From an uncultured Pseudomonadota bacterium (GTDB lineage Bacteria > Myxococcota_A > Polyangia > Fen-1088): a stretch of 50,861 nt of DNA. The notes below the pieces were generated by a model. The model was not told where the DNA came from. It saw nothing but the letters and a program-made list of their open reading frames with translations, and searched no databases. This document shows positions 20,079-29,137 of this stretch, piece by piece (within the stretch, counting starts at the first letter, position 1; every line of letters begins with the position of its first letter). Both the position numbers and the translations under genes were made by a program. Where the stretch lies: positions 1 to 50,861 of the forward strand of contig CAWKBC010000012.1 of the NCBI GenBank assembly GCA_963847705.1, in the 5' to 3' direction.

Positions 20079-21104
20079 ATGCGATCTCAGCATTTCTTCT
20101 CGGCCCTCATCGCTTGCTTGACCCTCGCCGGTTGCGGAAGCAGCAACTCCGGAGCCAACGGCGGGTCGGGCGGGTCGACCGGCTCGGGCGGCAGCACCAG
20201 TTCCGGCGGAACGACCGGCTCGGGCGGCAGCACCAGTTCCGGCGGAACGACCGGCTCGGGCGGCAGCACCAGTTCCGGCGGCACGACTGGCTCGGGCGGG
20301 TCGGCCACGGGCGGGACCGCTGGCGGCTCGGGCGGGCGCGTCGGCACCGGGGGCGCGGCCGGGCGCGCCGGCACGGGAGGCACATCCGGCGCGACAGGCA
20401 CCGGGGGCTCGCCCGTGGACGGCAGCGTGACAGTCGACTGCACCGCCACGCTGCCGAGCGGCGGCACCACGTACATGGGAAACAACGTCAACGGCACGTC
20501 CGACGGCCTCAACTACGGCATCTGGTCGAACAGCACCGACGGCGGCAGCATCACCGTGTTCCCCAACGCCCACGCCTTCTCGGCCTCCTGGAACAACAGC
20601 ATGGACTTCCTGGCCCACGTCGGCCTCGATTGGTACAACGCCTCCCAGCCGTACACCGCCTACGGAACGATCCAGGCGGACTTCTCCGAGGTCAAATCAG
20701 GGACCCCCGGCAGCTTCTCGTCGATCGGCATCTACGGCTGGATGCACAGCCCGTGCATCGAGTGGTACATCAACGAGGACTCGTACAGCAGCTTCGTCCC
20801 CAAAGGCAGCACCACCGCCATGATCGACGGGGAGATGTACTACCTCTCGACGAGCCAGACGAGCGGAACGGGCGGCGCCAATGATTGCGAATCCGGGCAT
20901 ACGGGAGCCTGGACCAACATCACCGCCACGCGGGCGACACATCGCACCTGCGGGACCGTCACGGTCAGCGACCACTTCGCCTCCTGGGAGGCGCAGGGCT
21001 GGACCCTGGGGACGCTGGTCTCCGTCCACATCAACGTCGAGGTGGGCGGGGGCATGGGAACCATCGACTTCCCGGTCGCCAACGTGACGACGACCAGCAA
21101 GTAG
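20079..21104 (+). CDS. GH11 endo-xylanase-like lipoprotein
   Basis: Lipobox LAGC; GIYGWMHSPCIEWYINE, GTVTVSDHFASW and NVEVGGG; AAGGAG RBS. Confidence 0.85.
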   Translation: MRSQHFFSALIACLTLAGCGSSNSGANGGSGGSTGSGGSTSSGGTTGSGGSTSSGGTTGSGGSTSSGGTTGSGGSATGGTAGGSGGRVGTGGAAGRAGTGGTSGATGTGGSPVDGSVTVDCTATLPSGGTTYMGNNVNGTSDGLNYGIWSNSTDGGSITVFPNAHAFSASWNNSMDFLAHVGLDWYNASQPYTAYGTIQADFSEVKSGTPGSFSSIGIYGWMHSPCIEWYINEDSYSSFVPKGSTTAMIDGEMYYLSTSQTSGTGGANDCESGHTGAWTNITATRATHRTCGTVTVSDHFASWEAQGWTLGTLVSVHINVEVGGGMGTIDFPVANVTTTSK

Positions 21105-21120
21105 CGCCGCCGGGCGGAAA

Positions 21121-21169
21121 CGCCCTCGGGGAACCGCCCTCGCGGAGCCGCCCTCGCGGAACCGCCCTC
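21121..21169. repeat. 14-bp tandem repeat, 3.5 copies (CGCCCTCGCGGAAC), between convergent genes
   Basis: Units start at 21121, 21135, 21149 and 21163. Confidence 0.85.
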
Positions 21170-21181
21170 ATCGAACGCCAG

Positions 21182-23260
21182 TCAGCCGAGCGCGTTGGGG
21201 GAGTTCGGGGGCCGGCGGCCGCGCACGGCCGTCCGGACCGCCACAGGCGGCGCGCCCGCGCGCACGCGGTAACGTCGCGGCGCCTCGGCAAGGGCACCGA
21301 AGTCGGCTGTGACGGCGCCGTAATCCTCGCGGGAGACCTTGCGAACGACGCGGACCAGGTGGTGCCACGCCTCGGCCTCGCGCGCCAGCGCCCCGGCGGC
21401 GGCGTCGAGATCGAAGCGCGCCGGGAGCGATTCGGTACTGCCCCCGATGACCCCTCCCCGCACGACCGCCGCCAGGCGGCGGAAAACGTCGCGGCCGTGG
21501 CGATCGTAGTAGAGGACCGTGTGCGCGGTCGAGAGCGAGCCGGCCCAGGGGTAGCGGCGCAGCAGCCAACCCGACGACAGCGTCTCGAGGGCCTCATCCA
21601 GCTGGGCCGGCTCGTCATCGCCCAAGGGCGGCGTCTCCTCCTCGAAGAAGAGCCCCGTCCCCAGCGTGTCGCCCTCGACCTGCCAGACCTCGCGGATGCC
21701 GAAGCGCTCGGGAGCCTGCGCCACCAGCGCGCCGTGGGTCAGATCGAACTGTCCGACCAGGAAGGCGGCCACCTGATCGCGGCGGTCGTCGAGAAAGCTC
21801 AGCGTCGCCAGGGCATCCGCCAGCGTCTCGGTGGGGAAGCCGGTGAAGCACATCGCCTCGGCGGCGATCCCCGCCGACGCCAGGCGACCGATGACGTCGC
21901 TCACCACCTCGACGGGCGCGCCCTTGTCGATGAGCGCGAGGACGCGCGGGCTGGCCGACTCGACCCCCAGCGCACAGGCGACGGCGCCCCCGCGGCGCAG
22001 CGTCTCGGCCCGCTCCGCCGTGAGGTAACGCTCCGGCTTGAGGTCCGTCGCCCAGCGCAGCTCGAGGCCGGCGTCCGCCATCGCGCCCGCCAGCTTGACG
22101 ATCGTCTTCGGCGCGACGGAGTCCTGGGAGAGGTAGAAGTGGCGGGTGCCGTACCTGGCCGACAGCGACGCCAGGTGCGCGACGCAGGTCTCGACGGACC
22201 GCTCGCGGTAGCTGGCCGTGCCGACCTCGGCCAGCCCGTAGTGACAGAAGGTGCACTTGCCCCAGTAGCAGCCGCGCGTGGGGTCGTAAGGCAGCGTGAG
22301 CACCGGCGAGAGGTACTTGTCGAGCGGCATCCCGTCGAAGTCCGGCGGCGGCAACGCGCGCATGTCTTCGCTGGCCTCGCCGGGCAAAAACCTGGCGCCC
22401 AGCATCCGATCGCGCTGCACCAGGTTCGGAATGCCCCGAAGCGCGCGCGGATCGCCGCCGTGCTCGTCGAGCGCGCGCACCAGCGCCAGCAGCGTGTGCT
22501 CCCCCTCGTAGACGACGGCCGTGTCGAACGGCCCCAGCGCCGCCGCCAGCGCCGGCCCGCGCTCCCGCATCCGCACCAGCAGCTGCGTGATGGCGGGCCC
22601 GCCGATCGTGAAGTGGACACCCGGCAGCTCGCGCCTCAGCTTGAGCCCGAAGGCGAAAGCGGGCTGCAGCTGCCCGGGAAAGCAGAGCGACAGCCCGACG
22701 GCGCCGACCCCCGCCGCCCGCAGGCGCGGCGCCAGCGTGCTCACCACGTAGCTGTCGAACGGGTCGCGCTCGGGCGTCGCGTCGTGCGCGATCTCCTCGG
22801 GCGTCGTGAAGGCGAAGGGCGTTCGATAGCCAGTGAAGTCGAGCTGGAGCGGCGCATGGGCGGCCGAGATGACGCGCAGCCCGGCGTCGATCGTATCGAC
22901 GGCGCGCGCGTACTCCTCGCCGTCGAAGAAACGGACCGGGTCCCGCAGGATGGCGACCGCCTCGTCGATGCCTTCGGGGACGGCCTGCGCGTCGCCGCGC
23001 ACCTGCCAGAGCGCGTGGTACTCCAGCTGCTGGCCGTGGTCGAGGGCGGCCCGCTCCTCGAGCCGCGCCAGGCGCGCCTCGATGCGGTCGCGAAACGCCG
23101 CCATCGGCGCGCGCCGCAGCAGCGCATCGTAAGCCTCGATATTGGCATCGACGGGCAGCACCTCGACCCCGTTCGTTCGCAAGAACCCGGTCAGCGCGGG
23201 AACGGCGAGGTACGGCGCCGTCGGGTCACAAGTCGGCGGATAGATGAGGGCGATCTTCAT
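21182..23260 (-). CDS. Radical SAM protein, B12-binding class
   Basis: RGCYWGKCTFC (CxxxCxxC), YEGE, LGVES, GFPTET. Confidence 0.9.
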   Translation of the reverse strand: MKIALIYPPTCDPTAPYLAVPALTGFLRTNGVEVLPVDANIEAYDALLRRAPMAAFRDRIEARLARLEERAALDHGQQLEYHALWQVRGDAQAVPEGIDEAVAILRDPVRFFDGEEYARAVDTIDAGLRVISAAHAPLQLDFTGYRTPFAFTTPEEIAHDATPERDPFDSYVVSTLAPRLRAAGVGAVGLSLCFPGQLQPAFAFGLKLRRELPGVHFTIGGPAITQLLVRMRERGPALAAALGPFDTAVVYEGEHTLLALVRALDEHGGDPRALRGIPNLVQRDRMLGARFLPGEASEDMRALPPPDFDGMPLDKYLSPVLTLPYDPTRGCYWGKCTFCHYGLAEVGTASYRERSVETCVAHLASLSARYGTRHFYLSQDSVAPKTIVKLAGAMADAGLELRWATDLKPERYLTAERAETLRRGGAVACALGVESASPRVLALIDKGAPVEVVSDVIGRLASAGIAAEAMCFTGFPTETLADALATLSFLDDRRDQVAAFLVGQFDLTHGALVAQAPERFGIREVWQVEGDTLGTGLFFEEETPPLGDDEPAQLDEALETLSSGWLLRRYPWAGSLSTAHTVLYYDRHGRDVFRRLAAVVRGGVIGGSTESLPARFDLDAAAGALAREAEAWHHLVRVVRKVSREDYGAVTADFGALAEAPRRYRVRAGAPPVAVRTAVRGRRPPNSPNALG

Positions 23261-23347
23261 GGCGAGCTCGGGACGGGGCAGTATCCCCGGTCGATGCCGC
23301 GCCGTCCATTCGGGCCGCTGGACTCGACCACGATAGTCAGCTAGGCG

Positions 23348-24367
23348 GTGGAGATGACCGGCCGCGACCGCGCCGAAACACTTCGCGAGCTCCTGCCGGC
23401 CCGGGCCCGCCCCGGCTCAGCTCTCGCGGGCGGCGGCACCGATTGCGTGCGCCTCTGCGCCGGTCTCGCCGACGGCGTGCCGGGCTTGATCGTCGATCGC
23501 TTCGGACCGCTGGTGGTGGCGGTCGACTACACCGACGGCGGAATGACCGCGGAAGCGCTCCGGGGCCTGGTGCGGGATCTCTTCCCCGAGCATCACGTCA
23601 TCGCGAAGGTGCGTTCGGTCCAAGACGGCACGAACAAGTTCGCGACGGCGGCGCACCACCCCGCGCGCGGCGCCGGGCCGGACGCCGCGCCGCTCATCGC
23701 CGTGGAGCGCGGCCTGAAGTTCGAGATCGGCGTCGATCCCGCCCATGACTTCGGCCTCTACCTCGACGCCGCCAAGGCCCGTCTGTTCGTGCGGCAGAGC
23801 GCGCGCGGGCAACGCGTGCTGAACCTCTTCTCCTACGCCGGCGCCTTTGGCGTCGCGGCCGCCGCGGGCGGAGCCATCGACGTCGCCAACGTCGATCCCA
23901 ACCGCGACTACCTCACCTGGTCGCTCCGCAACGCCGCGCTCAACGGCGTGACCATGCGGGTCCTGCCTGACAAGGCCCAGGATCACCTCGCCCGGCACCT
24001 CCGCCGCCTCGCGCGCGATCCGCATCGCGCCAACTACGATCTGGTGATCGTCGACCCGCCCGCCTTCGGCATCGGACGGGGCAACGAGCGGGTGCTGCGG
24101 CTGTTGTGGCCAGAGCTCTTCGCGAGCCTCCTGGCCATGAAGCCACGCACGCTGGTGCTCCTGTCCAACGACAAGGCCTTCCGCGCGCGTCAGAGCTTCG
24201 TCGAGCTGGTCGAGGCCGAGCTCGGCGAACATTATCGTTTCGAGCGCCTCGGCACCCACCTGACGCCCGAGGATCTGGCCGCCGAACGCCCGGAGCTCGC
24301 GTGGAGGCCCGTCGCGGAGGATCCGTACTACGTCGAGCCGGTGGTGATGGCTGGCAGGCGGAGATAG
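23348..24367 (+). CDS. Class I SAM-dependent methyltransferase (RlmI/RlmK-like)
   Basis: DGVPGLIVDRF, GLYLD, VLNLFSYAGAFG, DLVIVDPPAF. Confidence 0.88.
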   Translation: MEMTGRDRAETLRELLPARARPGSALAGGGTDCVRLCAGLADGVPGLIVDRFGPLVVAVDYTDGGMTAEALRGLVRDLFPEHHVIAKVRSVQDGTNKFATAAHHPARGAGPDAAPLIAVERGLKFEIGVDPAHDFGLYLDAAKARLFVRQSARGQRVLNLFSYAGAFGVAAAAGGAIDVANVDPNRDYLTWSLRNAALNGVTMRVLPDKAQDHLARHLRRLARDPHRANYDLVIVDPPAFGIGRGNERVLRLLWPELFASLLAMKPRTLVLLSNDKAFRARQSFVELVEAELGEHYRFERLGTHLTPEDLAAERPELAWRPVAEDPYYVEPVVMAGRRR

Positions 24368-24477
24368 TCGACTATTCATCCGACAGGCGGCCGTGGATCG
24401 CTTCGGTCAACTCAGCAACTCTGAACAGCAACGAAGAAACTACGTTCGCACTTTCTCTATTTTATCTTTGCTCGATT

Positions 24478-24486
24478 TGGTACATT
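24478..24486 (+). promoter_or_regulatory. Candidate extended -10 promoter (TGgTACATT) for a near-leaderless RT transcript
   Basis: Ends 8 nt before ATG 24495; no Shine-Dalgarno; T-rich upstream sequence. Confidence 0.4.
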
Positions 24487-24494
24487 CGGCAACC

Positions 24495-26195
24495 ATGGGC
24501 GATGCGCCTGCGGCAGCTGAACAGAAGCGGGAAGAAGCGGTCCAGCCGGCGACTACGCCGCGGGCCGATACCACGTCACTTGGGATGCTCGACATCGACG
24601 CTGCAACCATTCTGCGTCATCTCCGGAAGGACCTGCGTGACGACTGGTACCCGGACGTCCTTAAGTACTCGGATTGTCTGACTCCGGCGTTTGTGAGTAG
24701 TCGCCTCCCCGCACTACAAGCCGATTCGTCGAAGGGGTACCAGGCCACAAAGTGTGTCGTTCGGGATATCCCCAAGGTGGGGGGGGTGCTCCGGTATTCC
24801 CTCGAGGTTCCCCTGATAGATCGGTTCGTCTATCAAGCGCTCGTCGAAGAACTCGCCAGACCCTTGGACGCCCTCCAATCCTCCCGGGTGTTTAGCCACA
24901 GATATCGATCCGAAGATCGCAAAGACTTCTTTAAGCCGGCGGTTCGGCAGTGGTCTCTCTTTATGGACGCTGTGAGGGAACGCGGGGCAAAAGCGTGGAT
25001 TGTCGAAGCTGATCTTCAAAACTTTTACGAGACGATCACCATTCAGGGCCTGCGAACGACGATCATGGACGGGATTTCACGGTCTGCGGGCGACTTCCGC
25101 AGCCGTGCACGCCGACGCTACGCCGCCGATATGCTGCTCGGACTCCTTCCCACCTGGTGCTACGCACCGACGCACGGACTTCCGCAGAATCGAGACGCCT
25201 CGTCGTTCTTGGCGAATCAGTATATGCGTCCGGTTGACGAGGAAATGGGCAGCACCTGGGAATACTTCCGCTACATGGACGACATTCGAATCTGCGTCGG
25301 CAGCAGGCATGAGGCGCGGAAGGCGCTGGTCTCCCTGACCCACTGTCTTCGCCGCATAGGATTGGGGCTGAACTCGAAGAAAACGAGAATTCACGAGCCC
25401 GATTCGGATACTCATAGAGAAGCGGTTGCCGAGAGCGACCGGCGTCTGCGCGACATCGACAACATGTGGCACTCACGCAGTACCGTGACCATCGCTCGCT
25501 CGCTGACATATCTCTCGGCGCTGGCAAAAGAGCTCATAGCGAAAGGTGATACGGGCTCACGGTCGTTTCGCTTCTGTGTTCACCGCTTTCAGCGCCTGGC
25601 ACAGGTAAGCGACCTCGACATCGAAGTTCCTGAGAGCGATGGCCTAAAGAAGCTTGTCCTTGCGCGCTTGATCGACGATGCAGCGGAGGCAGATTCGCAC
25701 TGTGCATTCCTGGGGGCTGTTGGCCTCACGGACCTAGAGCGCTTTGGTCTCGAACGGGAACTGCTCGATCCCGGGATTTATCTCTACGAATGGCAGCGCT
25801 ATCACATTGTCTATTTACTCCTCGACCAGAAACATTCGTCGCCGCGCTTCCTGGCGGCCGCCGAACAGTCGCTGTCTGGTGAAGGCGAGCCCCTCATCCC
25901 GCGTGACCTCTCTCTCATCATTCTGGCGAAAGATGGTGGCCCGCACTGGAGGCAGAAGATCGCGGAACAGTACGCGCGCGTTTGTGTGGACCATACGCAC
26001 CAACGGGCCGGACTAATTGCTGTGCACGAACTCGGCTTTCGGGAAGGTGTCGAACAACACGTGTCGCCGCACGTTCCTCTCGCGCTGCAGGGCACATACA
26101 AGGCGGTTAGAGACTCGATGCCTGGCTCGTACTTCACACGAGGTCCTGGAATCCCGGCCTCGGAACTCGTTGACGTCGTCTCAGCTTATGTTTGA
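24495..26195 (+). CDS. Reverse transcriptase, UG/Abi-like, with helical C-terminal extension (566 aa; alternative GTG start 24393)
   Basis: IPKVGGVLR, EADLQNFYETI, GLPQNRDASSFLANQYM, YFRYMDDIRI (YMDD at 25272..25283), GLGLNSKKT. Confidence 0.95.
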   Translation: MGDAPAAAEQKREEAVQPATTPRADTTSLGMLDIDAATILRHLRKDLRDDWYPDVLKYSDCLTPAFVSSRLPALQADSSKGYQATKCVVRDIPKVGGVLRYSLEVPLIDRFVYQALVEELARPLDALQSSRVFSHRYRSEDRKDFFKPAVRQWSLFMDAVRERGAKAWIVEADLQNFYETITIQGLRTTIMDGISRSAGDFRSRARRRYAADMLLGLLPTWCYAPTHGLPQNRDASSFLANQYMRPVDEEMGSTWEYFRYMDDIRICVGSRHEARKALVSLTHCLRRIGLGLNSKKTRIHEPDSDTHREAVAESDRRLRDIDNMWHSRSTVTIARSLTYLSALAKELIAKGDTGSRSFRFCVHRFQRLAQVSDLDIEVPESDGLKKLVLARLIDDAAEADSHCAFLGAVGLTDLERFGLERELLDPGIYLYEWQRYHIVYLLLDQKHSSPRFLAAAEQSLSGEGEPLIPRDLSLIILAKDGGPHWRQKIAEQYARVCVDHTHQRAGLIAVHELGFREGVEQHVSPHVPLALQGTYKAVRDSMPGSYFTRGPGIPASELVDVVSAYV

Positions 26196-27798
26196 CTCAC
26201 GGCCGGCCGTCTGGCTGCTCGGCCGGCCTGCGATTGCCAGCAGTGGTGTCACCTGGCGCGGTATAGCGGTCGCAGGGAGTGATGTTGCCGTTCTGAACGA
26301 CGTTAACGCCGTCAATGCTCTTTTGCGAAACCGAGCTGTCGCGCCGGCCCTAATTGGTGTGTCCGGCGCAAGCGAATCCCTCGTAAGGTGCCTCGATGAG
26401 GACGTCGCGCGGCGTGTGATTCCATGGCTATTGGATCTATCTCTGCTGGTCCGCATTGCCACAGGTAACGCCGATATCGCTGGCCCACGCAAGACGCTAG
26501 ACCTCCTCGCGGATCGAACGAAAAGCTTGGGCCTCATCCCGTCTGATGTCGCGATTCCAGCGCTCCTGGAAGGTCGGTCGCCCGACATGCTGCCCTCGAT
26601 GCTTCTCGATCGCATCATGAGGCAACTGCTGCGCAGCCTACTGGTGGACCTGTCGCACGGTCGCGAATTACGCCGAGCCATGGTCTACGAAATACCAGCC
26701 CACCGGGCCCTTCTCTACCAGTCTCGGCAGAGGGTGAGGATTCGCGGTGCCAACATCGAGACTGTTCTGGCACATCTAGAAGCGGAACAGCGCAAGCTGC
26801 GAACACAACTGATCGTGGACGAGTCGACGGATCCAGCCGAGGTATTCATATCCGATAGCGCTCGCGTGCGGCTGGTGACACGAATTGCTGGTGAGCGCTG
26901 GAGCGCTCGGATCGCTCGGCCGCAGCTTCGTGATTTCTTGAACGAATTTTCTGACACGAGTTCGTTTTGCCGAATGATACTGGAGTACCACAAGAGGGAG
27001 AGCAGTCGACGGGCGTTAGCCGAACTTGCATCTTGGGCGCCCGACGGATGCCCGGTGGAGTACGATCCCCTGGGCACGATAACTGGGCGGATCTTGATGC
27101 AATCTCCGGGTGTTCAGTGGCTGGAGAAGGCATATCGGCATCTGATCGTGCCGCCCGAGGACTTCACCCTCAGATACCTTGACTATGCGTGCTTCGAGCC
27201 GACGATCCTGGCCGTCGCAGCCAATGACTCCGTGCTCCTGGCTGCAAGCCAAGACGATGTCTACGCTCGGGTCGCCAAATGGGTCAACTTTGAGGGGCCC
27301 GATGTTCGGGGGACCGCCAAGTCGTTCTTTCTTCGCCTCCTCTATGGACAAGCGAGAGAGCGGCTGGAGACCGAGTTGTCGCGAAAGGCTGGCGTCGATC
27401 TCGTTGGCGCACGTGCCCGTCTCGATGAACTGGATTCTCGTATTCAGATGTCCTTGCGGTTCAAACAGCTGCTGGAGGCGGAAGCTGAACGCACTGGATA
27501 CGTGCGAACAATGCAAGGGAACCGAAGGCCGGTCGGCGAGGCGCAAGCTTACAAGGCCCTGAGCTACTTCTTGCAAGGCACCGGGGCTCTGATATTCAAG
27601 CTGGCGCTTTCAAGACTGTTCGCGCCCGACAGCGGATGCCACTTGGTCATCCCGATGCACGACGGCTTCCTTTGCGCATTTCCTAGCAGAGAGGTCGAGG
27701 ACGGTGCCAAGGTGGCGGGAGCTACGATGCGAACGGCGTTTCAGCAAGTCACGGGTGCAGACGTGGTGCGCGTGGCCACTCGCGAGGATTGGAACTGA
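26188..27798 (+). CDS. Stand-alone family A DNA polymerase (536 aa), no 5'-3' exonuclease
   Basis: TITGRILMQSPGVQ; motif A YLDYACFEPTILA; motif B RGTAKSFFLRLLYG; LQGTGALIFK; motif C IPMHDGFL. ATG overlaps the RT stop by 8 nt (ATGTTTGA). Confidence 0.92.
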   Translation: MFDSRPAVWLLGRPAIASSGVTWRGIAVAGSDVAVLNDVNAVNALLRNRAVAPALIGVSGASESLVRCLDEDVARRVIPWLLDLSLLVRIATGNADIAGPRKTLDLLADRTKSLGLIPSDVAIPALLEGRSPDMLPSMLLDRIMRQLLRSLLVDLSHGRELRRAMVYEIPAHRALLYQSRQRVRIRGANIETVLAHLEAEQRKLRTQLIVDESTDPAEVFISDSARVRLVTRIAGERWSARIARPQLRDFLNEFSDTSSFCRMILEYHKRESSRRALAELASWAPDGCPVEYDPLGTITGRILMQSPGVQWLEKAYRHLIVPPEDFTLRYLDYACFEPTILAVAANDSVLLAASQDDVYARVAKWVNFEGPDVRGTAKSFFLRLLYGQARERLETELSRKAGVDLVGARARLDELDSRIQMSLRFKQLLEAEAERTGYVRTMQGNRRPVGEAQAYKALSYFLQGTGALIFKLALSRLFAPDSGCHLVIPMHDGFLCAFPSREVEDGAKVAGATMRTAFQQVTGADVVRVATREDWN

Positions 27799-27880
27799 AT
27801 TGCGCTAGAGTGCCGCTGAACGGATTCGGTTCGCCGCGCTGGCAGACTCTGACAGGCCCACTTGTCCACCGCGAAGGGGC

Positions 27881-28765
27881 TCACCTGTCTTTGAGACGTA
27901 TGAGGGGGCCGTGGTAGTTGCTGATCAACGCATTGAGCGCATCGGACCCCTTGTAGAACACGTCGGAATCGCACCCGTTGGCGGCGGTTAAGCCGGTCGC
28001 GGTGCGAATCGAGGCGACCGCATTTCTGCTCACCTCACGAGTCCAGCCGGGAAATCCGACCCGAAGAACTCGGCGTTCCTCGGTCCTCTTCTGGAGCCCA
28101 AGGTACTTCTTGACCTCTACATCGGTGACAACGTCGATGTAATTGCCGTTTGGATGATCAAGCCGGTATCCGAATCGCCGGAGGATAGTATCGAGCTGAT
28201 TGAACGTAACAGCATAGTGTCGTTTGTCGATGTCGCGGGAGTGTCGCCTGAAGAACTTGGATAGTACAAAGACACGTCGGTCGTGTTCGTCGGCGTGCCT
28301 TTTCTTGGCAGAGTCGTACCAGGAGTATTCATCCAAGTTGTTGCCGGCGGTCCGGACCGCGACAGTCTCGAACTCTCGCTGCTCACCAGCGGGCGCCTTG
28401 CCGACCCGCCGGAGATGATAAAGCGCGGTCAGCAGCGCGGTACGTTTATTGCCGTCGTGAAAGGCATGATTCTTGACTAGGCCATAGAACAAGGTGGCGA
28501 TTTGTTCGATTGGCTCTGGCCACTTGCTCACGGCGCCATATCCGGCCCCTTGCCGCGATACCGCAGAAGGGAGGAGAACTAGATCTCTCGGCCCGACAGC
28601 TGCGATGTCTTCCCCCTCGCGCATGAAATAATCACAGAGGAGATAGTGCGCCCGAAGGACGTCATCAATCTTCAGTGGGTAGGGGACCTCGCCTCCCTCA
28701 TCCAGACGAAGTTCCCGTCGCCATCGTCGGTAGTCGGCCCGAAGATGTTCGAAGATATGCTCCAT
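27881..28765 (-). CDS. Fic/Doc family protein with C-terminal extension
   Basis: GPRDLVLLPSAVSRQ; LVKNHAFHDGNKRTA Doc-type motif. Confidence 0.9.
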   Translation of the reverse strand: MEHIFEHLRADYRRWRRELRLDEGGEVPYPLKIDDVLRAHYLLCDYFMREGEDIAAVGPRDLVLLPSAVSRQGAGYGAVSKWPEPIEQIATLFYGLVKNHAFHDGNKRTALLTALYHLRRVGKAPAGEQREFETVAVRTAGNNLDEYSWYDSAKKRHADEHDRRVFVLSKFFRRHSRDIDKRHYAVTFNQLDTILRRFGYRLDHPNGNYIDVVTDVEVKKYLGLQKRTEERRVLRVGFPGWTREVSRNAVASIRTATGLTAANGCDSDVFYKGSDALNALISNYHGPLIRLKDR

Positions 28766-29137
28766 CAACGGGCAGCCTAGCCTGAACCGCTGTCGATATC
28801 TTAATACAACTTCGCGAGGGCAGAGGGCTGCGGCGGTGCGTCTGGCGCCGCTCTCGGTCCTGGCTCCGACCAATCTCTTAGAGTGCTCTCGCCAGATGGT
28901 CCGGCTCTTTAGCGGGCTACATCAGGCAGGTCAGCCGCGCCTGATGTTTTTGTGGGTGCCAGTCGGCCGAATCGCCCCCCGGTTCAAGAACCCTCAATGG
29001 TGCCGCCGGCGCGCTCGCCTGCGCGACGGCGAACACTATGCCCGCGTGCACGGACCATGGGGGCGCCTCGCCGGAGCTCCCGTACGCTGTGACGCCGACG
29101 CCGTTGGGGGGCCGCACCGATGCTCGATCACGAGCCC

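Noticed and set aside
19490-20300. Tandem repeats resembling a CRISPR array
   Set aside because: They are in-frame Gly/Ser/Thr linker codons in the esterase and GH11 genes, with no unique spacers and no cas genes.
21121-21169. 14-bp tandem repeat as a functional array
   Set aside because: Short with no spacers; most likely slippage in a terminator region between convergent genes.
20885-23344. Long antisense ORFs (819 aa here; also 41735..44062, 45578..47887, 40120..41868)
   Set aside because: Shadow ORFs opposite well-supported genes, as expected in high-GC DNA.
26017-26187. ORF-track start of the polymerase at 26017
   Set aside because: It would overlap the RT by 179 nt; ATG 26188 with an 8-nt overlap is more plausible.
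24368-26195. RT as a group II intron, retron or DGR
   Set aside because: No intron domain V/VI, no msr-msd inverted repeats seen, and no template/variable repeat pair. The paralogous Cys-rich genes do not show adenine-specific variation and are about 17 kb away.
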